From NCBI GenBank assembly GCA_963757325.1, contig CAVWRF010000015.1, positions 9,010 to 73,009 on the forward strand: a stretch of 64,000 bases of DNA, written 5' to 3'. The stretch comes from Candidatus Melainabacteria bacterium. Its GTDB lineage: Bacteria > Actinomycetota > Actinomycetes > Mycobacteriales > Pseudonocardiaceae. The notes beneath the pieces were generated by a model that worked only from the letters and a program-made list of their open reading frames with translations, ran no database searches and was not told the origin of the DNA. How positions within the stretch are numbered: position 1 is the first letter of the stretch; each line of letters opens with the position of its first letter. Shown here in pieces: positions 56,581 to 64,000 of this stretch. Position numbers and translations under genes: made by a program.

Positions 56581-57255
56581 CCGTGACCGGACGCGGGTGA
56601 CGTGCCACGGATTCGGTAGCCGACTCCGGTGATGGTTTGGATGAGGTGATGAGGATGGCCCAGTTTGCGGCGCAGGGCGGTCATCGTCACTCGGACCACG
56701 TTGGTGAACGGGTCCATGTGTTCGTCCCATGCTCTGTGCAGCAACGACTCCGCTGACACCACCGCTCCATCCGCGAGCAGGAGTTCCGCCAGGACCGCGA
56801 ATTCCTTGCGGGTCATCCGGGTCGGGACGTCGTCCCTCGTCATCTCGTGCCGGGCCGGGTCCAGCCGCACCCGCGTGCAGCAGGACCGGGGGTGCGGCGG
56901 CACGGGAGTGGCGGGCCGGCGCACGGACGCGAGCCGTCAGTTCGGTGACCGCGAACGGCTTCGCGAGGTGGTCTTCCGCGACGAGTTCCAGGCCCGCCAG
57001 CCGTTCGGCGACACCGGCCGCCGCCGTCAGCAGCAGGATGCGGGTCGTCGCCGAGCCTGCCACCAGTGATCGGCAGACCTCGTCGCCGTGCACGACGGGC
57101 AGGTCGCGGTCCAGGACCACGACGTCGTACTCCGTCACGCCACAACGTTCCAGCGCCACCTCGCCGTCGTAGACCACGTCGACCGCGAAGCCTCGGTCCC
57201 TCAGGCCGACGCCGATCGTGTCGGCGAGCACCGTCTCGTCCTCCACCACCAGCAC
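56388..57255 (-). pseudogene. Orphan OmpR-family response regulator, paralog of 61232..61891, frame-shifted and lacking a native stop
   Basis: The receiver (MLVVEDETVLAD...VVLDRDLPVVHG...LAKPF) is in one frame. The winged helix (VRLDPARHEM...RKEFAVLAELLL...GVGYRI) is in another, with the break near 56890. The ORF then runs about 220 nt past the GYRI end (56610) into the convergent SGNH gene. Confidence 0.65.
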
Positions 57256-57315
57256 GCACCGTCGATCTCCCTTCGCCGCGCACCGGGCCCGACGAGAGCC
57301 GGGCCCGGTGCACGG

Positions 57316-58542
57316 TCAACTGGTGGCCAACGCCTCGACCGGGGTCAGCCGTCCGGCTCGTGACGCCGGGTACAGGCCGACCAGCGCCCCGACCGCGACC
57401 GCCGCCGCGACACCGCCCGCCAGCGCGCCGACCGGCAGCGATGTCGGCCAGCCGCGCCACGTCGCGTAGCCGGCTGTGATCGCGACGCCGAGCAGCAGGC
57501 CGCCGACTCCGCCGAGGCCGGACAGCAACGTCGACTCGATCAGGAACTGGAATCTGATCTGGCCCCGCGCGGCGCCGATGGCTCGGCGCAAACCGATTTC
57601 CTGGCGGCGTTCCAGCACCGAGATCACCATCGTGTTCGCCACGCCGACACCGCCGACCAGCAGCGCCACCGCGCCCAGCCCGATGAACAGACCGGTGAAC
57701 GTCGTGTTCACGGCGTACTCGGCCGCCAGCACGTCCGACGGGCGCGTCACGTCGACGTCGCCGGGGGACTGCGGGTCGACCGTCGCGGCCAGCACCTGGT
57801 AGACGGCGTTCACCTCGGCCGGGTCGGACCGCTCGTACACCGTGGTCGGGTGGCCGTCGAAGCTCGCGTACGTCCGCGCCGCCGACCAGCCGATCATCGC
57901 CGACCTGTCGATCTCCGGCGCCAGCGCCACCGGCCGCAGGATGCCGACGACCGTGAAGTAGTGGCCTGCCAGGTAGACCTGTTCGCCGGGGTGCGCGACC
58001 CCCAGGCGCTGGGCGGCGAGCGCGCCGAGTACCACCGCCGGGTACCGGTCGGTCGCCGGGTTCAGGAACGATCCCCGCGCGACCGAGCCGCCGATCGTGG
58101 ACAGCAGGTCGTCCCTGGTCGCCACGACGGTGATCCCGCCGGTGATGCCGGAGTCGACCAGCGTGGAACGGCGCACCGTCGTGTTGATCGAGCCGGTGGC
58201 CGACGCCGATCTCACGGGGCCGATGCGGCGCACCATGTCCACCGCGTCGTCCGGCATGGTCGCCCTGCCGCCGAACACGGTCTGACCGGGGCTCGCGGTG
58301 AGCAGGTTGGTACCCAGTGCGGCCAGTCGCTCGCGCAGCGACGCCTGGCTGGACGCTCCGATGCCGATCACCGCGATCATCGCCGCGATGCCGATCGCGA
58401 TGCCCAGTGCCGACAGCACCGCCCTCGCCGGTCGGCCCGTCACGCCCGCGAAACCGACCGCGAGCACGTCGGACGCGTACAGCCTGCGCGGCTTGGGCAG
58501 CGCGATCGCCGTCGGTGCCTGCTCGATGTCCGTTGTGGTCAC
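57316..58542 (-). CDS. ABC transporter permease (MacB-type, FtsX domain with periplasmic core domain)
   Basis: 408 aa. An N-terminal TM helix, a large extracytoplasmic domain and a C-terminal FtsX 3-TM block ([16 protein letters not shown]). Confidence 0.85.
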   Translation of the reverse strand: MTTTDIEQAPTAIALPKPRRLYASDVLAVGFAGVTGRPARAVLSALGIAIGIAAMIAVIGIGASSQASLRERLAALGTNLLTASPGQTVFGGRATMPDDAVDMVRRIGPVRSASATGSINTTVRRSTLVDSGITGGITVVATRDDLLSTIGGSVARGSFLNPATDRYPAVVLGALAAQRLGVAHPGEQVYLAGHYFTVVGILRPVALAPEIDRSAMIGWSAARTYASFDGHPTTVYERSDPAEVNAVYQVLAATVDPQSPGDVDVTRPSDVLAAEYAVNTTFTGLFIGLGAVALLVGGVGVANTMVISVLERRQEIGLRRAIGAARGQIRFQFLIESTLLSGLGGVGGLLLGVAITAGYATWRGWPTSLPVGALAGGVAAAVAVGALVGLYPASRAGRLTPVEALATS

Positions 58543-59219
58543 CGCGGGCTCCCTGTGTCGTCGACGATCCGCCCGTCGAGGAACTCGACCCTGCGCGGCA
58601 GCGCCGCCGCGAGCATCCGGTCGTGTGTGATCACCGCGATGGTCACGCCGTCGGAATTGAGTTCCCGCAACAATTCCAGCACTCCGGCGCCGGAGCGTGA
58701 ATCCAGCGCGCCGGTCGGTTCGTCCGCCAGCACGATCGCCGGGTGCCCGATCAGCGCGCGGGCGATCGCGACGCGCTGCTTCTCGCCGCCGGACAGTTCG
58801 TGCGGCCGGTGGTCCAGCCGGTGGCCGAGGCCGACCCTGCGCAGCGCCGCGATCGCGCGCCGCACGCGCTGCCGGCGCGGCACCGCGTGGTACAGCAGGC
58901 CGGTGGCCACGTTCTCGGTCGCGGACAGGTGTGCCGACAGGAAGAACTGCTGGAACACGAAGCCGATCCAGCGCGACCGCACCGCGGAGAGCTGCCGGTC
59001 GCGCAGTCGGGCCACGTCGTGGCCGAGCAGGCGGACCGTGCCGGTGCTCGGCGCGTCCAGGGTGCCCATCACGTTGAGCATCGTGGACTTGCCCGAACCC
59101 GACGGCCCGACGATCGCGACCAGTTCGCCCGCGTCGATGCGCAGCGACACTTCCCGGACGGCGTGCACGTCCTCGCCGTAGGTCTTGGACACGTCGACCA
59201 GTTCGATGACGGCGTTCAT
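58539..59219 (-). CDS. ABC transporter ATP-binding protein (MacB/LolD type)
   Basis: [43 protein letters not shown]. Confidence 0.9.
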   Translation of the reverse strand: MNAVIELVDVSKTYGEDVHAVREVSLRIDAGELVAIVGPSGSGKSTMLNVMGTLDAPSTGTVRLLGHDVARLRDRQLSAVRSRWIGFVFQQFFLSAHLSATENVATGLLYHAVPRRQRVRRAIAALRRVGLGHRLDHRPHELSGGEKQRVAIARALIGHPAIVLADEPTGALDSRSGAGVLELLRELNSDGVTIAVITHDRMLAAALPRRVEFLDGRIVDDTGSPR

Positions 59220-60490
59220 TCGGTGGATGCCACCTCGACCTTCAGCCCCTCCCGCACACCCGGACCGGACACCTCGACCGTGCCGCCCGCGAACATGCCC
59301 AGATGCACGCCGAGCAGGTGCGTGTGGCCGTTCGGGTCCACCACGTCGACCGCGTAACCGCCCTCGGCCAGCGCGAGCAGCGCGCCGACCGGCACGGTCA
59401 GCACACCGTCCTCCTCGGCGCTGGTGAACGAGACCGTGACCGGAGCATCGTCGAGGTGGCCGGTGGCCGACGCGTTGTCCGGTGTGATCGTGACCGGGAT
59501 GACCGGCGCGGCACCGGAACCGGAACCCGAGCCGGAGCCGGAGCCGGAGCCCGAACCGGAGCCCGAGCCGCCGGGGTTGACCGCGACGGTGCCGATCGAG
59601 GCGACGTGGCCGGTGGTGGCGGAACCGTCCGGCAACTGCACCTGCACCACGGCGCCGACCTTCGCCAGCGTCTGCGACGCGACCGGCAGGTTCACCGTGA
59701 TCACCTTCGACGTGCTGGACACCGTCATCAGCGCACCGCTCGCCTGGGCGCCCAGGTTCGCCGACACCGCCGTGACCACCACCGCTCCCGGCTGGATCAC
59801 CGCGTCACCGGGGGAGACCGTGCCGGTCCGCGGCACGCCGAGCGCCTTCTGCCAGTCCTTGACCGCCTGCGTGGTGCCCGACGTGAAACCGGGACCGCTC
59901 GGCGCTGCCCGGTAGCCCAGGGCACGCAGGGCCTGGTTGAGTTCCCGCACGTCGTCGCCGTCGGACACGCCGGCCGACAGCGACCGGTACAGCGGCACCG
60001 ACCCGTACAGCAGCGGCACGGAATGGCCGTCGACGCCGTAGAGCCGGTTGCCCTCGTCGATCACGGTACCGGGTGAGGGCAGCCACGTGAGCGTCCCCGA
60101 ACCGCCGCCGCCGGGCGACGGACCCGTGCCTGTGCCCGCCGGCGGGTTGGCGGCGGGCGCCGACTGACCGACCACCGTCGACGAGCCCGCGAAGGCCAGC
60201 GTGCCCTGTTCCTGCTGCGTGTTGACCAGGTTCTGCTTGCTCACGGTTGCCGTCGCCGGTGGTGGCGGGGAGGTGGCCGCCACGGCCGGTGGGTGCCTGG
60301 TCAGCACGTACGTACCGCCCGCGCCCACCAGCAGTGCGCCGACCAGCGCACCGGCCGTCACCGCCCTGCGGTGCCTGCCGCGCCGGTGCCGTGCCCGCGT
60401 CCGGTCCTCGGTGTCGGTGTCCTCCCCCGTCGAGGGCACCGGCCCGGTCTGCTCATCGGGCCGTACGTCGGCGTACTGCTCAGCCGCCAC
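59216..60490 (-). CDS. Membrane-anchored periplasmic adaptor (HlyD/MFP-like) with peptidoglycan-binding domain and (Gly-Ser)9 linker
   Basis: TM helix [19 protein letters not shown]_binding_1-like [15 protein letters not shown]...[12 protein letters not shown]. Beta-barrel-like C-terminal part. 4-nt overlap with the ATPase gene. Confidence 0.65.
   Translation of the reverse strand: MAAEQYADVRPDEQTGPVPSTGEDTDTEDRTRARHRRGRHRRAVTAGALVGALLVGAGGTYVLTRHPPAVAATSPPPPATATVSKQNLVNTQQEQGTLAFAGSSTVVGQSAPAANPPAGTGTGPSPGGGGSGTLTWLPSPGTVIDEGNRLYGVDGHSVPLLYGSVPLYRSLSAGVSDGDDVRELNQALRALGYRAAPSGPGFTSGTTQAVKDWQKALGVPRTGTVSPGDAVIQPGAVVVTAVSANLGAQASGALMTVSSTSKVITVNLPVASQTLAKVGAVVQVQLPDGSATTGHVASIGTVAVNPGGSGSGSGSGSGSGSGSGSGAAPVIPVTITPDNASATGHLDDAPVTVSFTSAEEDGVLTVPVGALLALAEGGYAVDVVDPNGHTHLLGVHLGMFAGGTVEVSGPGVREGLKVEVASTE
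59514..59572. repeat. GGHTCN-type hexanucleotide microsatellite encoding (Gly-Ser)9
   Basis: The plus strand reads ccggaaccggaacccgagccggagccggagccggagcccgaaccggagcccgagcc. Confidence 0.7.
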
Positions 60491-61049
60491 TGGTGACGCT
60501 CCCGGCGGGCATGCACGCGGTGAGCGCGGCCTTGGTCTTCGGGTCGTCCATGCTGATGCTCATGGACTGGCCGGGGGTCGGGTCGGCCATGTTGACGCCG
60601 TGTGCGCGCATGCACTGCGCGAACTTGGCGCCGCGCTCGCTGTCCTGCTTGGTCGGCTTGCCGCCGTTGGGCAGGAGACCGGAACACGTCTTGCTCGCGG
60701 TCTGGAGCTGTTGTACCTGCTGCGGGCTGCTGGCCGGGATGGCCTGGCGTGCGCCGCCCTGCGCGCCTGCCGGCGGGTCGGGCATGTCGACGCCGTGTGC
60801 GCGCATGCACTGTGCGTACTTGACCAGCGCGTCCCGCTCGGACGTGTCCTGGCCCTGGCCGGAGTTGACAGCGGCCTGCGCCGACGTCGTGTCGTCCAGC
60901 GAGGCGACGTTGTTCTGACCGCCGCCGGACGAGCAGCCGGCCACGCCGAGCGCGAGCAGCAACCCGAGCACCGCCATCGCCTTCGGTGCGCGCCCGCGGG
61001 CCGCAGCCGGGTCGAGCGTCCTCGTCGCGGGATACATCGGCAGATGCAT
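60480..61049 (-). CDS. Lipoprotein with two copies of a (Y/F)AQCMRAHGV(D/N)M.DP motif
   Basis: Lipobox LLALGVAGCSS. Internal duplication KYAQCMRAHGVDMPDP / KFAQCMRAHGVNMADP. First gene of the adaptor/ABC operon. Confidence 0.6.
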   Translation of the reverse strand: MHLPMYPATRTLDPAAARGRAPKAMAVLGLLLALGVAGCSSGGGQNNVASLDDTTSAQAAVNSGQGQDTSERDALVKYAQCMRAHGVDMPDPPAGAQGGARQAIPASSPQQVQQLQTASKTCSGLLPNGGKPTKQDSERGAKFAQCMRAHGVNMADPTPGQSMSISMDDPKTKAALTACMPAGSVTSGG

Positions 61050-61231
61050 CGTGGTCCGTCCTTTCCGTGGGAACTCGGGATCACCGTGGATCTCGAGGGA
61101 GCCGGCGTGATGCGGCTGATCACGACCGGGGAAAGGTTTATCGGATACGAGGTTGCACGGATGTCGCCATATTTCTTTATCTTTTCGAAAACCCCGATGG
61201 GATATACAGGTGTCGCGTCGTCGAGTGAGGA

Positions 61232-61891
61232 GTGTGCATGCGGGTTCTGGTCGTCGAGGACGAACAGGTGCTTGCCGACCGGTTGGCCGCGGGCCTGCGG
61301 CGCCAGTCGTTCGCCGTCGACGTGGCCTACACCGGTGACGCGGCGCTGGAACTGGTCGCCGTCAATCCCTACGACGTGCTGATCCTGGACCGCGACCTGC
61401 CCGGCGTGCCGGGCGACGACGTGTGCCGCGCCGTGGTGAACTCCGGAGCGCCGACCAGGGTGTTGATGCTCACGGCTGCCGGTTCGCTGCACGACCGCGT
61501 GCACGGGCTGGACATCGGCGCGGACGACTACCTGCGCAAACCCTTCGAGTACCCGGAACTGCTGGCCCGGATCCGGGCACTGGGCCGACGTTCCCAGCCG
61601 CCGCTGCCGCCCACGCTGGAACGCGCCGGCATCACGCTGGACTCGGCGCGCCGCCAGGTCGCCCGCGACGGTCGATTCGTTCCGTTGTCCCGCAAGGAGT
61701 TCGCCGTGCTGGAGATCCTGTTGGCCGCCGACGGCGCCGTGGTCAGCCAGGAGGACCTGCTGGCCCGCGCCTGGGACGAGCACGCCGACCCGTTCACCAA
61801 CGCGGTGCGTGTCACGGTCAGCAAGCTGCGCGCGAAGCTGGGCGAGCCACCCGTGATCACGACGGTGCCGGGCTCCGGGTACCGCATCTGA
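61232..61891 (+). CDS. OmpR-family response regulator
   Basis: MRVLVVEDEQVLAD...VLILDRDLPGVPG...DDYLRKPF, then the winged helix SRKEFAVLEILL...VPGSGYRI. Confidence 0.9.
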   Translation: MCMRVLVVEDEQVLADRLAAGLRRQSFAVDVAYTGDAALELVAVNPYDVLILDRDLPGVPGDDVCRAVVNSGAPTRVLMLTAAGSLHDRVHGLDIGADDYLRKPFEYPELLARIRALGRRSQPPLPPTLERAGITLDSARRQVARDGRFVPLSRKEFAVLEILLAADGAVVSQEDLLARAWDEHADPFTNAVRVTVSKLRAKLGEPPVITTVPGSGYRI

Positions 61892-63240
61892 TGTGCGCCG
61901 ACCGGAAACGCCTGCCGTTCGGCGGCCTGACCGTGCGGGCCAGGCTGGCGCTGCTGTACGGGCTGGTCTCCGCGCTGATCGGGATCGTCCCGGTGATCCT
62001 GGTGTGCGTGCTGATCGACCACGATCTCGGCTCCACGGTGGCGATCGCGGTGCAGCAGACCAGCGTGCCGCTGGACGTGCAGACGAGGACCATCGCCCAG
62101 ACGCCGACGAACTACGGCCCGGCGGACCCAGGCCTGTACGGACGGACCTCACCGAACTCGATGGTCGTGGTGTGCGCGCAGCACACCGGGCAGAAGTCGG
62201 GCAGGATGTCGGACTGCCTGCTGCCGGCCAACCGGATCGTGCCGGCGCGCGGGATCACGCTCTCCCAGTTGGGCACCGGTGTGTCCGCGGAGATCGTGGG
62301 CCAGATGGTGCTGTACTCCGCGCTGGCGCTCGGGGTGCTGGTGCTGCTGGCGTTCGGCCTCGGCTGGTGGCTGGCCGGTCGGGCGTTGCGGCCCGTGCAC
62401 CGGATGGCCGCCGCGACCCGGCGGCTGTCCTCGGTGAACCTGCACGAGCGGCTCCCGCTGCACCGGCCCAAGGACGAGCTGCGTGACCTCGGTGAGTCGT
62501 TCAACGCGCTGCTGGACCGGCTGGCCGCCGCGTTCGCCAGCCAGCAGCGGTTCGTCGCGAACGTGGCGCACGAACTGCGCACGCCGCTGACCATCCAGCG
62601 CGCCACCATCCAGATCGGGCTGGGCGACCTGGCCATCGAGCCCACCGAACTGGCCGCCGTACGGGACGAACTGCTGGCCGCCAACCGCCGGCACGAGACG
62701 CTGATCGACCGGTTGCTGCTGCTGGCAAGGGGTGACGCCGGTCTGGGCCACCGGGAACAGCTGGACCTGGCCGCCGTCGTCGGCGACGCGATCGCGCCAC
62801 TGGCCGCGTCGGCCGACGATCACGGGATCACGCTGGCCGTCCGGACCGAGCGGCTGCCGGTCGAGGGCGATCCGGTGCTGCTGGCGGCGCTGGTGACGAA
62901 CCTGGTACAGAACGCGTTGCGCTACAACCATTCCGGCGGTCGCGTCGTGGTCACGACGTCGAAGCGTGGCCTGCTGGTGAGCAACACGGGTCCTGCCGTC
63001 GCGCGGGATGCGGTGGAGGGGCTGTTCGAGCCGTTCCGGCGGCTGCACACCGATCGCATCGGATCGGCCACCGGAACCGGACTGGGCCTGTCCATCGTGC
63101 GGTCGATCGTCGCGGCGCACGGCGGTCACCTCAGCGCACGGCCCAACGACTCCGGCGGCGGACTGACCGTCCGGGTGCGGTTTCCCGCGCCCGGACGGTC
63201 GTTGCCGGAACAGATTTCCGTCGTGGCAGCGCCGTCTTGA
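61891..63240 (+). CDS. Sensor histidine kinase (TM-HAMP-HisKA-HATPase)
   Basis: The ATG overlaps the RR TGA. Two TM segments, AHELRTPLT (H-box), LVQNALRYN (N-box) and GTGLGLSIV (G2-box). Confidence 0.9.
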   Translation: MCADRKRLPFGGLTVRARLALLYGLVSALIGIVPVILVCVLIDHDLGSTVAIAVQQTSVPLDVQTRTIAQTPTNYGPADPGLYGRTSPNSMVVVCAQHTGQKSGRMSDCLLPANRIVPARGITLSQLGTGVSAEIVGQMVLYSALALGVLVLLAFGLGWWLAGRALRPVHRMAAATRRLSSVNLHERLPLHRPKDELRDLGESFNALLDRLAAAFASQQRFVANVAHELRTPLTIQRATIQIGLGDLAIEPTELAAVRDELLAANRRHETLIDRLLLLARGDAGLGHREQLDLAAVVGDAIAPLAASADDHGITLAVRTERLPVEGDPVLLAALVTNLVQNALRYNHSGGRVVVTTSKRGLLVSNTGPAVARDAVEGLFEPFRRLHTDRIGSATGTGLGLSIVRSIVAAHGGHLSARPNDSGGGLTVRVRFPAPGRSLPEQISVVAAPS

Positions 63241-63302
63241 CCCCTGCCGTCTTGACCCCCTTTGACCCCTGCCGTCCTGATCCCTGCCGTCCTGATCTCT
63301 CA
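63229..63302. repeat. Tandem copies of the HK gene's 3' end ((C/T)CCCTGCCGTC(T/C)TGA, 15 nt) filling the whole convergent intergenic gap
   Basis: gccgtcttga | cccctgccgtcttga | ccccctttga | cccctgccgtcctga | tccctgccgtcctga | tctctca. Confidence 0.7.
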
Positions 63303-64000
63303 GCCGGAGAACGGTTGCTGGTCCTGCTGGCACACCGTGCCCGGCGCGGGAAGCGTGCCGCCGGTGAAGTAGGCGCTCTCGGCCGCGTCGACGCACGCGC
63401 TCGGGTTGCCCAGCGCGCTGTGGCCGTAGCCGTGCAGGGTCAGCAGCCGCGCGTCGGCCAGGTCGTGTGTCATGGCCACCGCGTTCCGGTACGGCGTGGC
63501 CGGGTCGAACGTGTTGCCGACCACCAGGATCGGGTGAGCTGTGGGCCGGTTCCACGGTCCGGTGTAGCGCTGCCGCGACAGCACCGGCCAGTGTGCGCAC
63601 GCCTCGGTCGACCAGGCCCAGAACCGGCCGACCACCCCGGAACGGGCCGACGCCAAGGCCGCCTGCGCCGCGTACTCCGCCGGCACGCGCGGGTTCGGTT
63701 CGTCGGAGCACAGCACGCCCATCTCCGACTCGCGGCCCGAGTACGGCACGTCGTCGGACGGCGTCAGACCGAGGCTCGGCAGCGTGAGGTCCTTGGCGGC
63801 CATGGCATTCGGCACGCTCGTGCCACTCGACTCCAGCCACAGGTCCCGCAACACGTCGGCCAGGCCCGCCCAGCCGACCGAGATGTTCGGGATCGCCGGC
63901 ATCTCGTACAGCAGGTCGACCGTGACGCCCACGGCGACGTCCTGGGTGAAGGTCACACCGTCGAACGGCACGGGGTTCGCGGTCAGCCGGTCGAGCAGCG
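63300..64000 (-). CDS. Secreted alpha/beta hydrolase, tripeptidyl-aminopeptidase (TAP)-like C-terminal part (5' end outside window)
   Basis: The frame stays open to the window edge. ILVVGNTFDPATPY...LLTLHGYGHSAL is the typical TAP C-terminal domain with the catalytic His. Confidence 0.7.
   Translation of the reverse strand, partial: LLDRLTANPVPFDGVTFTQDVAVGVTVDLLYEMPAIPNISVGWAGLADVLRDLWLESSGTSVPNAMAAKDLTLPSLGLTPSDDVPYSGRESEMGVLCSDEPNPRVPAEYAAQAALASARSGVVGRFWAWSTEACAHWPVLSRQRYTGPWNRPTAHPILVVGNTFDPATPYRNAVAMTHDLADARLLTLHGYGHSALGNPSACVDAAESAYFTGGTLPAPGTVCQQDQQPFSG

Noticed and set aside
63229-63302. Possible CRISPR array.
   Set aside because: The repeats are contiguous 10-15-nt units with no spacers, and no cas genes are present. 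This is a simple tandem duplication.
1-64000. Mobile elements, integrases, tRNA or rRNA genes, prophage or genomic-island boundaries around the cluster.
   Set aside because: I recognised no transposase or integrase-like translation, no terminal inverted repeats, and no tRNA-like or rRNA-like sequence on either strand. A proper tRNAscan/ISfinder search was not possible here.

Overview
Very GC-rich actinomycete chromosomal window (GC not computed; third codon positions are almost all G/C, so long antisense and off-frame ORFs are common artefacts). About 2.7-36.6 kb is a complete-looking hybrid biosynthetic gene cluster that I do not recognise as a characterised one. It holds two SARP regulators and a type II PKS/FAS-like acyl-chain set (ACP, KS, CLF-like, two hotdog dehydratases). 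It also holds a Trp-type flavin halogenase with a flavin reductase, and an SbnA/SbnB-type L-2,3-diaminopropionate (Dap) cassette. The NRPS has four modules on two proteins: Cstarter-A-T-E, then E*-C-A-T-C-A*-T-C-A-T-TE. The remaining genes are a stand-alone A-T didomain, a Gly-x-Cys-x-Gly alpha/beta hydrolase, a P450, an MbtH-like protein, a DrrAB-like exporter and an O-methyltransferase. The most unusual points are: (i) module 3 keeps an adenylation domain that has lost every catalytic signature; (ii) a stand-alone Asn-type A-T and a Cys-nucleophile hydrolase look like a trans-loading shuttle for that module; (iii) a degenerate second epimerisation-like domain opens NRPS-2, directly after the functional E domain that ends NRPS-1. 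Downstream lie an ArsR-linked MacB-type ABC module, an IclR-controlled BKACE/SDR/ADH/ALDH operon, an ECF sigma factor with an AhpD-like protein, a GH30 hydrolase, two OmpR/HK two-component systems and a MacB-type ABC/adaptor operon. Many genes carry single-base frame disruptions: NRPS-2 has 3, the exporter ATPase has 1, and there is a dense patch at 52.7-55.0 kb. Several of these sit at G/C runs, so basecalling or assembly error must be excluded before any of them is called a pseudogene. No rRNA, tRNA, CRISPR array or mobile element was recognised.
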